DNA from: Antedon mediterranea
Lineage: Eukaryota; Animalia; Echinodermata
Assembly: GCF_964355755.1 (NCBI RefSeq)
Contig: NC_092672.1
Coordinates: 13,640,001 to 13,704,000, forward strand
Reading direction: 5' to 3'
Length of the DNA stretch: 64,000 nt
The notes under the pieces are model-generated. The model searched no databases. It saw nothing but the letters and a program-made list of their open reading frames with translations, and was not told the origin of the DNA. This document shows positions 11,484 to 19,901 of the stretch, piece after piece. The position numbers and the translations under genes are program-made. The stretch's first letter is position 1. Every line of letters starts with the position of its first letter.

Positions 11484-11551
11484 GTTAACGTTATAGAACA
11501 CTTACGCTACGTTGTCAATTTACATAACAATACAGAGTGACGTAAGTAGCG

Positions 11552-12873
11552 GAGAGAAGTTGGTGCAGTGTGTAGTTCCTAATCTTTGGAAAGAATCGAT
11601 TATAAAACCTATTCCTAAACAGACTGTCATAAAACAACTGAATGATCTGCGGCCTATTGCGCTGACATCTCTTGTTATGAAACTCGATCCACTGCACTGC
11701 ACTGCACTGGAAGAGGTGTTGAGGATGCCAAGCTTTTTTTATTAAACACATTGTACAAGCACCTTGAACTGCCTCGATCTCACGCCAGAATGTTATTCGC
11801 CGACTTCTCTTCTGCCTTCAATACCATGCACCCTTATATTTTAGCAAACAAATTAATTTCGAATTTTGGTTTTCAACGTGATTTTGTATTATGGATTATA
11901 AGTTTTCTTACGAACAGATGTCAGAGGGTCTTAGTTAACCAAAGACAATCGAATGTACGTATGACAAGTATTGGATCCCCCCAGGGTTGCGTCCTCTCTC
12001 CTCTCCTGTATATTATATACACGGATGACTGTCGCAGCAAACAGGACAATAGTCATCTTGTTAAATTTGCTGACGACACTGTCTTGCTGTCTCTCCTTCA
12101 AAATTCACAGGACGGCCATGGTTCCGCTTTAGATGATTTTATCCAATTTTGTGGAAACTCCTACTTGGAACTCAATGTGACCAAAACCAAGGAGATGATT
12201 GTAGATTTTAGGAAGGAGAAAAGACGCAACCCTTGGGTATCCATTATAAATGACGAACCAGTCGATATTGTCCATTCCTTTAAATACCTAGGTACTATAT
12301 TTGAGGACAATCTCGGCTGGGAATTAAACACAGAGGCAATAGTAAAGAAAAGACACCAGAGACTTTATCTGTTAAGGAAGCTGAACCATTTTAATGTCGA
12401 TAAAGTAATTCTTAGCGTTTTTTATAATTCCTTTATTGAGAACGTTTTAACTTTTTCCTTTATATGCTGGTTTTTTAGTCTTAGGGTCAAAGAAAAAAAC
12501 TCACTATAAAGAATTGTTAACTTAAGCTACGAAGTTGACAACCTATTAATTTAGAACTTATCTTCTTTTTGTGACATGCAAACTCTTGAAAAAAGTAGAG
12601 CTATTCTAAAAAATATTAACCATGCCTTGTTCAGTGATTTCGAGCTCATGCCTCATGGGCGTCGCTTTCGATGCCCGGCATGTAGAACAAACCGGAAAAG
12701 GAATTCGTTTTTGCTATTCGACTCTTAAATTCTTGAACCTTGACTTTTTTGTTTTTTTTGTTCTGTGTATTGTGATATTTTGTATATTTTGTAAGATCAT
12801 TTTAATCCAGACCTTTTTATTTGAATTGCCCCGTGTGGGATGATTAAAGAATTTTGAATTGAATTGAATTGAA
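11552..12873 (+). mobile_element. Rex1/Babar-like LINE, 5'-truncated RT/3' end with (TTGAA)n tail, inserted in the U2 spacer
   Basis: WKESIIKPIPK, LNDLRPIALTS, FADFSSAFNT, GSPQGCVLSPLLY, KFADDT and FKYLG motifs, then a frameshifted C-terminus (…FELMPHGRRFR…RTNRKRNSF). Tail at 12854-12873. The flanks TAGCG|TAAGG rejoin the spacer. Confidence 0.88.
11751..12509 (+). pseudogene. Reverse transcriptase fragment (Rex1/Babar-like)
   Basis: RT motifs 3-7 present. Upstream deletion and frameshift, premature stop at 12509. Confidence 0.85.
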
Positions 12874-13150
12874 TAAGGTTTATCGAAACAAAGACGAAAC
12901 AGTAAAATATACGTTTCATGGCTATAAATTACGTCATTAACAAAATTTGAAAATACGCCCATTCGTTTCTCTGTGCATTTTAACAATTAAACAATCAACT
13001 GAAATTACAGTAACATATTATTCAGAAAAAATACATAATTATTTCTCTATTGAAAAAGTATGACGTAACAACATGTAACCTGTTACGTAAATACAGAAGA
13101 CCTACAATAAACAGTGTAACAGATTCTATTTTTTAATAATTATCTTGATA

Positions 13151-13303
13151 GGTTGGGCCAATCCTGGACGTACTGCAATACCAGGTCAACCCGTGGCCAG
13201 GATGGAGCAAGCTCCTATTCCATGGCCTAAATTAAAAAATCAGTTTAATATAGAAGCTACTCGATGAGCAGCGTTTCAGATATTAAGCTGAAAAGAACAG
13301 ATA
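13151..13303 (-). pseudogene. U2: U2 snRNA 3' fragment (nt 37-189) of the interrupted gene
   Basis: Identical to array U2 from TATCTGTTC to GGCCCAACC except an Sm-site G>T change. Ends at the (TCAA)3 tail. Confidence 0.95.
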
Positions 13304-14014
13304 TCAATCAATCAATTTATTTGGAAATTGCACCTTTACATCGGTGGCACACACAGGAAGTGGTGCATCCATATTGAACACAATTAACATAAAATGACGG
13401 ATACGGATACTTAAGCTGATTTGAATTAAAATTAGTACTATATACTGTGGCAATATTTGTCTGACATGATCGAGTTGATACATTTTAGTTAAATATATTT
13501 ATATATATATACATAAAGAGGAAGTAGTAACAAAAATATTTGTTGATGACGATATTAAAATTATCATGATAGTTAATATTGAAATGGTTTCATATACAGT
13601 ATAGTATATAATACTATATTATCTATACCATTCCGGTAGGTCGAGTCGACCTTCAATCAAATACTGTACATCGTTCATGTTGTAATTAAAGACGGGGTAT
13701 ATCAATCAATCAATCAATCAATTTATTTGGAAATTGCACCTTTACATCGGTGGCACACACAGGAAGTGGTGCATCCATATTGAACACAATTAACATAAAA
13801 TGACGGATACGGATACTTAAGCTAATTTGAATTAAAATTAGTACTCTATATTGTAGCAATATTTGTCTGACATGAGTTGATACATTTTAGTTAAATATAT
13901 TTATATTATATAGGCCTACATAAAGAGGAAGTAGTAACAAAAATATTTGTTGATGAGGATATTAAAATTATCATGATAGTTAATATTGAAATGGTTTCAT
14001 ATACAGTATAGTAA
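13304..14014 (-). repeat. Duplicated 3' terminus of the RTEX-like element (13304-13606 vs 13702-14014) separated by ~95 bp of unrelated DNA
   Basis: Both copies begin (TCAA)nTTTATTTGGAAATTGCACCTTTACATCGGTGGCACAC on the + strand and differ by several substitutions and indels. Confidence 0.92.
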
Positions 14015-14084
14015 TAACAATTATACATAGTGATACAAAATAATATATAAAAAATACATTCACATAAAATCATAAGTTAATACG

Positions 14085-14122
<38 letters not shown>

Positions 14123-14412
14123 ACTATACTACTATACTTAACTAAAAAAGCCAAAAGAAAACGTTGGTAAGTAAATATATTTAATGTAAGGTATAGCCTG
14201 TTAATCATTACTGTATTTATAGTTCTACATTAGTAGTACCAGACTACTACAGTTTAGTGATAACAATAATTATTAATACATGATACAAAATAATATATAT
14301 ATAAATACATTCACATTCACAAAAAAAACTTAAGTATACTATACTTAACTAAAAAAATTCTTTATTTCGTTACTCTATTTACAGTTATACATTAGTAGTA
14401 CCAGACTGGTAT

Positions 14413-17400
14413 TTAAATCTTTAACATTTTGGTACGTGAAGCCCATGCTTGTTTTATATAGCTTTTGCAAAACATGTCAAATATTTCATTTACTTTATTA
14501 ACAATTACTGGTTGCGTCCCAGTAGGAAGGCTAGTGTCACTTCCTAGGGTTAGTTTTAGTTTTAATACTGGGTTACCTAGTAGAAAGTACAACCAGAATG
14601 TATATAGATTACTATTATATAGGTTATGCTCAAGTTTACAATATTCCGTTGAGCGTAGATCATCAAAATATTTGCATTTGAACATAAAATGTATAATGTC
14701 TTCTTTATCATTTTTACATATAGGACATGTACCATCATTATCTTCTTCCCATATAGATTTCTTAAGGTTAAGTGCAAGTGTATTTGATCTTGCCTTAAAT
14801 TTAAGACTTGCCCCTAAGAAATCTAATTTATCTAAAAGATACGGTTCTATATATGGTGTGGATTTAAGTGTGACATAATTCATCAATGAAGTTTTCTTTC
14901 TGGCTTGGTCAAAAATTTGGATACCATCAATACTTTTAATTATACTTTTTGAAATGATTACCCATTGATTGTTAGTATCTGTCGTTAATTTAAACCTGTG
15001 GCTCATTCCACACAAGTCTAGAGTATTTTGCATATGGTTGTACCATTTCCATTTGAATGTAGACGTATGACCAATGAATAGCATTGCACTAAAAGCCAAT
15101 TTGGGCCATCGACTCATATCCATCTTTACTAAACGATTTAAGAAATCAATTCGTTGCATGTCTTGAATAGTTGAAATAGACTTCCAACCTAGATCACCGT
15201 ACAAAGCTTCCTTACAAGTTGTACGTGGTGATTTGAGTATTGCCTTTGCCATTTGGGTTTGTAATTTTTCAAGATTTTGAATATCACTTATACCACCACA
15301 GACATATGTAGAGCACGCATAGTTAATTGAAGGAAGACCCAGAGTCTTCCACAACAAATCTCCATAAAACACTCTGTTATAATCATCTTGATCATTAATA
15401 ATTGACTTTATATACGCTATAATTCTATATCCCTTCTTAATAACCTCTTCAATATGACAGTGATCGGAAAGAGATCTTGTAATATGGGATCCTAAATATT
15501 TGTAACTATTAACTTCTGAAATATAATGATCACTTAATGGCCATAATCTCTGTTTGTCTGTTCTTTTTCCAGTAATTAAAACATTGGATTTCTCATAGTT
15601 GAATTCTAATTTGTAGTCATTACTAAATTTTGTAGCTAGATCAAGCATTTCTTGTAACTCCCTTTCATCGTTAGCTAGCAGAACAACATCATCTGCCCAG
15701 AATAGACCACTTAATTGAACATTACATATTTCTATGCCCATTTTGTTTTCCCTTAGAAGTTTGGCAAATTCATTTATGTATATACAAAATAAAATAGGTG
15801 ATAATGCACAACCTTGTTTAACACCTTCTTCAATTTCGAAATATTCTGTTTCGATTTCTCCAAATTTTACTTTACAGTGAACATTATTATATATATTAAA
15901 TAATATTTTCCATACATTTCCTTTAATACCAATATCCCATGCTGTGGTTAACAATTTGTCTCTCCATACAGTATCGAAGGCCTTTCGAAAATCAAGAAAA
16001 GCCATATATGTATTTTTACCCTCTGCCTGTCTGGTTGAGGCTATACATTTAAGTGTGAAAATATGATCATCACAGCGATGGTCTTTTCTGAATCCACCTT
16101 GGATTTCAGACAATATGTTGTTGCTTTCAAGAAACTTTGAGATATTATTAGATATAATACGCGTGAATACCTTGGACACACATGAGTTGAGAGTTATACC
16201 TCTATAATTGTTTAAGTCATTTTTTGGACCTTTCTTGTGAACCGGGATTATTATACCTTTGTTCCATTCATCGGGGATAGTTTGAAGTTCTAACAGGCGA
16301 TTAAATAGTTGAGAGAGAGATTGGATAAGTTTATCTCCTCCAAATTTGAGAAGTTCATTAGGAATGGTATCAATGCCAGGTGCTTTGTGGTTTTTACATT
16401 GGCCTAAAGCCCATTTAATATCTAACATAGAGATATATATATTGCAAAGCTGAGGGGAATTTTGAGTTCCGATATTACATTCATCACTTTTATTTCTTAG
16501 ATTGTTTATTTCTTCTTTTGTTTGTTTAATTGAATAATCGTGAGTACCTAAGTTACTTTGTCCTAATGTCTTCCAATATTGACATATTGTCTCTTTTATT
16601 TTACATTTATCTGTTGTTGTCTTATCAGAGTTAGGCAGTTTAATTGAAGTAGTTTCAACTTTTTTGCGGTTAGAACCTCGTAAGTTTGTCCAAAAATTCT
16701 TACTGCTTACTCCACCGTTTTCTGAGATTTGTGCGCTTTTATCAATGCGAACTTGCATTATTTTCTTGTTGATTGCGTGTTTGACAGCTTTCCTTTTATG
16801 TTGGTAATTTTGCCATAGCTCGTTGCCATGTACTGTGTTTTTATTACTCTTCACCCAATGTCGGTGTTCTTTACTGGCAGTTTTTCTATCTTTGATCAAA
16901 TGATCAATGTTTGAGTCCCACCATCGTTTGTGTTTACATTTATTATTTTTGAATCCTATTGTTTTATTTGCTGCTTGTAGTAATTTTGATCGCCATGAGG
17001 ACCATAGCATATTTGGGCAGTCAAATTCATTGGCGTTCCATTCTTCCAAAGTATCTTTTAATTCTTTTTGGTAATTGGACCAGTCTTGATGTGGTAAAAT
17101 ATTCCAAATATTTGTGGAGTTTTTATTCTTTTTCTTTTTATTTAATTGACCAAAGCTTTGTTTAAAATTTGTTATTAATGTATTGTGATCACTGCCTAAA
17201 TGAAAGCGGTGGTCTTCATCCACAATAAATGTTTCTACATATTCTATTAGGTCGTCTGAGGTTAACATATAATCAATGGTTGAGGATTGATTATTCCTCA
17301 TCCATGTTGTCTTTCCGTGGCATAGTTTTGTACAGTTGAGAACTGTAAGTGCCGAATTTTCACAAAAATTAAGAAAACGTTTGCCATTCGTATTAAGAAC

Positions 17401-18117
17401 AGGGTCTCCATATGGGATTGCATTACCAATTCTGGCGTTAAAGTCTCCCATAATTAAAATGTGTGCAGCTTTTTCATTTTCAATTTGTAAAATTTCTGAT
17501 AGGAGTTGATTATATAATTCATCAGAGAGACATGCATCAGTTCCTTCGACAGGAAAGTAAGCTACTGCTATATATATAATATTATTGTTTAACTTAACTT
17601 TTATCCATAGTCTTTCATAATCATCGTGCGGGTCGAAATAATTATCATCCATGATTGTAATCGCCTCCGATATTAGAAAACCTATACCACCCCCATTTTT
17701 AGATTTTCTATTTTTGCCAATCCATTTATAGCTGTTAATGTCAATTGTTTGATCATTTTGTAGAAATGTTTCAGCTAAACCTAATATTTGGATACTATTG
17801 TCTTTTAAGAAATGATCAATCTCATAGATCTTAGATTTTACCCTGTTTACGTTATTAAATGCAATCTTAATGTTAGAACATTCATTATTCTTATCATTAC
17901 GACTTTTCTTTTTACCACGTCTATGTCTTTTACTTGATTTAACTTTTTCATTACTTTGGTCTATAACAGAACTTTCTCTTGAGATATTACACTTATGTTC
18001 ATTGTTATATTCATTACTAAGCAAAAAATACCTGTTTTGTTGTTGACTTGTCCAGTCAGTACTACCGGTTAAGGAAATATGTCCCTTATAACCGGCTCTT
18101 TCTTCATGGCCATGTTC
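14413..18117 (-). CDS. ORF2: APE endonuclease, reverse transcriptase and C-terminal zinc finger. The frame is open from the ORF1 stop; the track start at 18024 is a TTG.
   Basis: FNNVN, LAETF, GGGIGF, MGDFNARIG, TIDYML, SDH; KAPGIDTIPNE, NYRGITL, QGGFR, FLDFRKAFDTVWR, GVKQGCALSPILF, FWADD, YKYLG; CPICKNDKEDIIHFMFKC. No stop in >1200 codons. Confidence 0.93.
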   Translation of the reverse strand, partial: EHGHEERAGYKGHISLTGSTDWTSQQQNRYFLLSNEYNNEHKCNISRESSVIDQSNEKVKSSKRHRRGKKKSRNDKNNECSNIKIAFNNVNRVKSKIYEIDHFLKDNSIQILGLAETFLQNDQTIDINSYKWIGKNRKSKNGGGIGFLISEAITIMDDNYFDPHDDYERLWIKVKLNNNIIYIAVAYFPVEGTDACLSDELYNQLLSEILQIENEKAAHILIMGDFNARIGNAIPYGDPVLNTNGKRFLNFCENSALTVLNCTKLCHGKTTWMRNNQSSTIDYMLTSDDLIEYVETFIVDEDHRFHLGSDHNTLITNFKQSFGQLNKKKKNKNSTNIWNILPHQDWSNYQKELKDTLEEWNANEFDCPNMLWSSWRSKLLQAANKTIGFKNNKCKHKRWWDSNIDHLIKDRKTASKEHRHWVKSNKNTVHGNELWQNYQHKRKAVKHAINKKIMQVRIDKSAQISENGGVSSKNFWTNLRGSNRKKVETTSIKLPNSDKTTTDKCKIKETICQYWKTLGQSNLGTHDYSIKQTKEEINNLRNKSDECNIGTQNSPQLCNIYISMLDIKWALGQCKNHKAPGIDTIPNELLKFGGDKLIQSLSQLFNRLLELQTIPDEWNKGIIIPVHKKGPKNDLNNYRGITLNSCVSKVFTRIISNNISKFLESNNILSEIQGGFRKDHRCDDHIFTLKCIASTRQAEGKNTYMAFLDFRKAFDTVWRDKLLTTAWDIGIKGNVWKILFNIYNNVHCKVKFGEIETEYFEIEEGVKQGCALSPILFCIYINEFAKLLRENKMGIEICNVQLSGLFWADDVVLLANDERELQEMLDLATKFSNDYKLEFNYEKSNVLITGKRTDKQRLWPLSDHYISEVNSYKYLGSHITRSLSDHCHIEEVIKKGYRIIAYIKSIINDQDDYNRVFYGDLLWKTLGLPSINYACSTYVCGGISDIQNLEKLQTQMAKAILKSPRTTCKEALYGDLGWKSISTIQDMQRIDFLNRLVKMDMSRWPKLAFSAMLFIGHTSTFKWKWYNHMQNTLDLCGMSHRFKLTTDTNNQWVIISKSIIKSIDGIQIFDQARKKTSLMNYVTLKSTPYIEPYLLDKLDFLGASLKFKARSNTLALNLKKSIWEEDNDGTCPICKNDKEDIIHFMFKCKYFDDLRSTEYCKLEHNLYNSNLYTFWLYFLLGNPVLKLKLTLGSDTSLPTGTQPVIVNKVNEIFDMFCKSYIKQAWASRTKMLKI

Positions 18118-19272
18118 CTAGCATTCGGATGGGCAAATTACCGACTTATGGCCTAACAAACCACATGAGTAACACTTAATATGTTGACCATGTCTACAGT
18201 TCTTTTTGACATGATTGTGTTCACCACAGAAGTGACATCCGGCACGTTGACTTTGTCTGTTGTTAGATCCTTTCGCTTGGTTGTTTCTCCGTTCAGATTC
18301 AAATGTATGCGAATTCCTTCTTTTGGGTGACGGTTTGCCGCGTGTTGACTGTCCGTTATGTAATCGATTCTGTTTGCGAATAATTGGGTGGTGCCTATTG
18401 ATGTTGCGTAGAAGGCGTCTTGTGCCGCTCGTTGACAGGTGTAGTCCATATCTATCAAGTGTTGATGTGTCTACTGAATTGTCCTGTTGTTTGAAATTTT
18501 CGTCATTTTCAACTAATATGCATCCATTTGTGTCGGCCAGTGATCTTAGTTTTGTGTTAAGTTTGTCCACAAGTTTCTGGTGGCCTGGGTGGTCAGTACG
18601 TGGTAATACTGTCGAAAGAATGACAAGTGAGTTTGGTGAGCGTCCATTAAGATAAAATACGATTTCCTCATATTTACCTTCTGCTATTTCTTCATCGGCT
18701 TCAGAAGTGCAGTCATTTGTGCTTCCATGAATTATAATCGTTGAGAATGTGTCAACAGGTAGCTCATCTAATCTTTTCTTAATATCATTGACTCTTTTGC
18801 CGCGTAGGCACTCGATCGTTGTGTTTTCCAAACCATTTTTATTTACATCTCGAAGTATGGAATCGCTTATTAGAAGTGTTGGTGCTGATTGTTTATTTGC
18901 TACATTGTCATTCTGATTTGTTGCAAAGACATCTTGTTTATTCGTTTCCTGTCGATTGTTAGGTTTATCCTGTCCCTGGTTACATGAAAGCATATTTAGT
19001 TTGTTGATCAACTCCTCGTTTTTACTTTCAAGGCTTTTAATTTTCGTTGTTTGTTCAGTTAATAGTATATCTTGGTCTAAGGACTTGTTCAGGACTGTGT
19101 TTAGTTTTGCAGTTAGCTCTTTAATGCAGGCTGGTAGGCGGTGGCATGATAAGCAGAACCATATAGTTGGTTTCTTTCCTTTCATTCCAATACATGAACG
19201 GTGATATAATTGGTTGCACAGATTGCATTCAATCGCTGATGCTGTATCAGATTTTGTTTGCTTACAAGCATC
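18118..19272 (-). CDS. ORF1: truncated PHD finger, coiled coil, SGNH esterase-like domain, two CCHC knuckles (first ATG at 19185)
   Basis: Hand translation upstream of 19185 gives DACKQTKSDTASAIECNLCNQLYHRSCIG, then MKGKKPTIWFCLSC (PHD). ISDSILR, IIHGSTND and DRYGLHL are SGNH blocks. Knuckles: CHFCGEHNHVKKNC, CYSCGLLGHKSVIC. Confidence 0.88.
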   Translation of the reverse strand, partial: DACKQTKSDTASAIECNLCNQLYHRSCIGMKGKKPTIWFCLSCHRLPACIKELTAKLNTVLNKSLDQDILLTEQTTKIKSLESKNEELINKLNMLSCNQGQDKPNNRQETNKQDVFATNQNDNVANKQSAPTLLISDSILRDVNKNGLENTTIECLRGKRVNDIKKRLDELPVDTFSTIIIHGSTNDCTSEADEEIAEGKYEEIVFYLNGRSPNSLVILSTVLPRTDHPGHQKLVDKLNTKLRSLADTNGCILVENDENFKQQDNSVDTSTLDRYGLHLSTSGTRRLLRNINRHHPIIRKQNRLHNGQSTRGKPSPKRRNSHTFESERRNNQAKGSNNRQSQRAGCHFCGEHNHVKKNCRHGQHIKCYSCGLLGHKSVICPSEC

Positions 19273-19311
19273 ATACTACACATGATCTTAGCCAAAAGGC
19301 CGAGAAGCGAT
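19273..19311 (-). pseudogene. U2: U2 snRNA 5' fragment (nt 1-39) with intact upstream promoter, fused to the retroelement
   Basis: ATCGCTTCTCGGCCTTTTGGCTAAGATCATGTGTAGTAT on the minus strand. Confidence 0.95.
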
Positions 19312-19875
19312 AACAATTAAACGAATCTCAACTAGTACCAACAAATGACGACTTGCTGTCGAATCAGTGTGATACATATAATGTAGCTAATGCATACATT
19401 CGACCGATGTGTTAAGTCATACCGTTTAGAATATAAAAGTTTTTACAGAGATTATAGAGTAATATAATTAATTTGTAATAACTGTCAACATGTTTTTTTA
19501 AAACAAAACTGATGACGTGTTACGTTCGATGGTCGTAAAACACCGTTAACGTTAAAGAACACTTACGCTACGTTGTCAATTTACATAACAATACAGAGTG
19601 ACGTAAGTAGCGTAAGGTTTATCGAGTCGGACCGTAAAACAAAGACGAAACAGTAAAATATACGTTTCATGGCTATAAATTACGTCATTAACAAAATTTG
19701 AATATACGCCCATTCGTTTCTCTGTGCATTTTAATAATTAAACAATCAACTGAAATTACAGTAACATTTTATTCAGAAAAAATACATAATTATTTCTCTA
19801 TTGAAAAAGTATGACGTAACAACATGTAACCTGTAACGTAAATACAGAAGACCTACAATAAACAGTGTAACAGAT

Positions 19876-19890
19876 TCTATTTTTTAATAA
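19876..19890 (-). terminator. Candidate snRNA 3' box (TTATTAAAAAATAGA) ~12 nt past the U2 3' end (present in every unit)
   Basis: Resembles GTTTN0-3AAARNNAGA at the expected distance. Variants AAAAAAGAGA and ACAAAATAGA occur in other units. Confidence 0.55.
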
Positions 19891-19901
19891 CTATCTTGAT
19901 A

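Larger units (their letters stand above)
11484..13303 (-). repeat. Outermost, disrupted unit of the U2 array (spacer 11484-11551 and 12874-13150, plus U2 3' part)
   Basis: Matches the array unit (GTTAACGTTATAGAACACTTACGCTACG…; TAAGGTTTATCG…AAACAAAGACG…) with a ~12-bp deletion after TATCG. Confidence 0.92.
13304..19272 (-). mobile_element. RTEX-like non-LTR retrotransposon (~5.97 kb), slightly 5'-truncated, inserted in sense orientation in a U2 gene; TAT present at both junctions; (TTGA)n tail
   Basis: Two open ORFs, a long AT-rich 3' UTR and AATAAA followed by (TTGA)n. The flanks are U2 nt 1-39 (19273-19311) and nt 37-189 (13151-13303). The clade call is inferred from the ORF1 PHD+SGNH domains, RTE-group RT motifs and the C-terminal CxxC-H-C finger. 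Confidence 0.9.

Noticed and set aside
13304-14014. Direct repeats as LTRs
   Set aside because: Both lie at the 3' end, each ends in the microsatellite tail, and there are no TG…CA ends, PBS or integrase.
14086-14117. Poly-A run as the tail of a plus-strand retrocopy
   Set aside because: It is a poly-U tract inside the minus-strand 3' UTR, within a local duplication (14011-14150 vs 14257-14360). No TSD was seen.
5850-19204. Short antisense or alternate-frame ORFs overlapping the LINE ORFs (e.g. 8634-9122, 9811-10203, 14465-14878, 18260-18655)
   Set aside because: They are shadows of the real ORFs with no recognisable motifs.
13304-19272. Calling the U2-inserted element Utopia or Keno
   Set aside because: It has an N-terminal APE and no restriction-like endonuclease (not Utopia). 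The SGNH/PHD ORF1, RT motifs and microsatellite tail are unlike Tx1 (not Keno).
19273-19311. U2-LINE template-switch chimera (processed U2 head)
   Set aside because: The upstream promoter/spacer and the complementary U2 3' part with its downstream spacer are both present, so this is an insertion into a genomic U2 gene.
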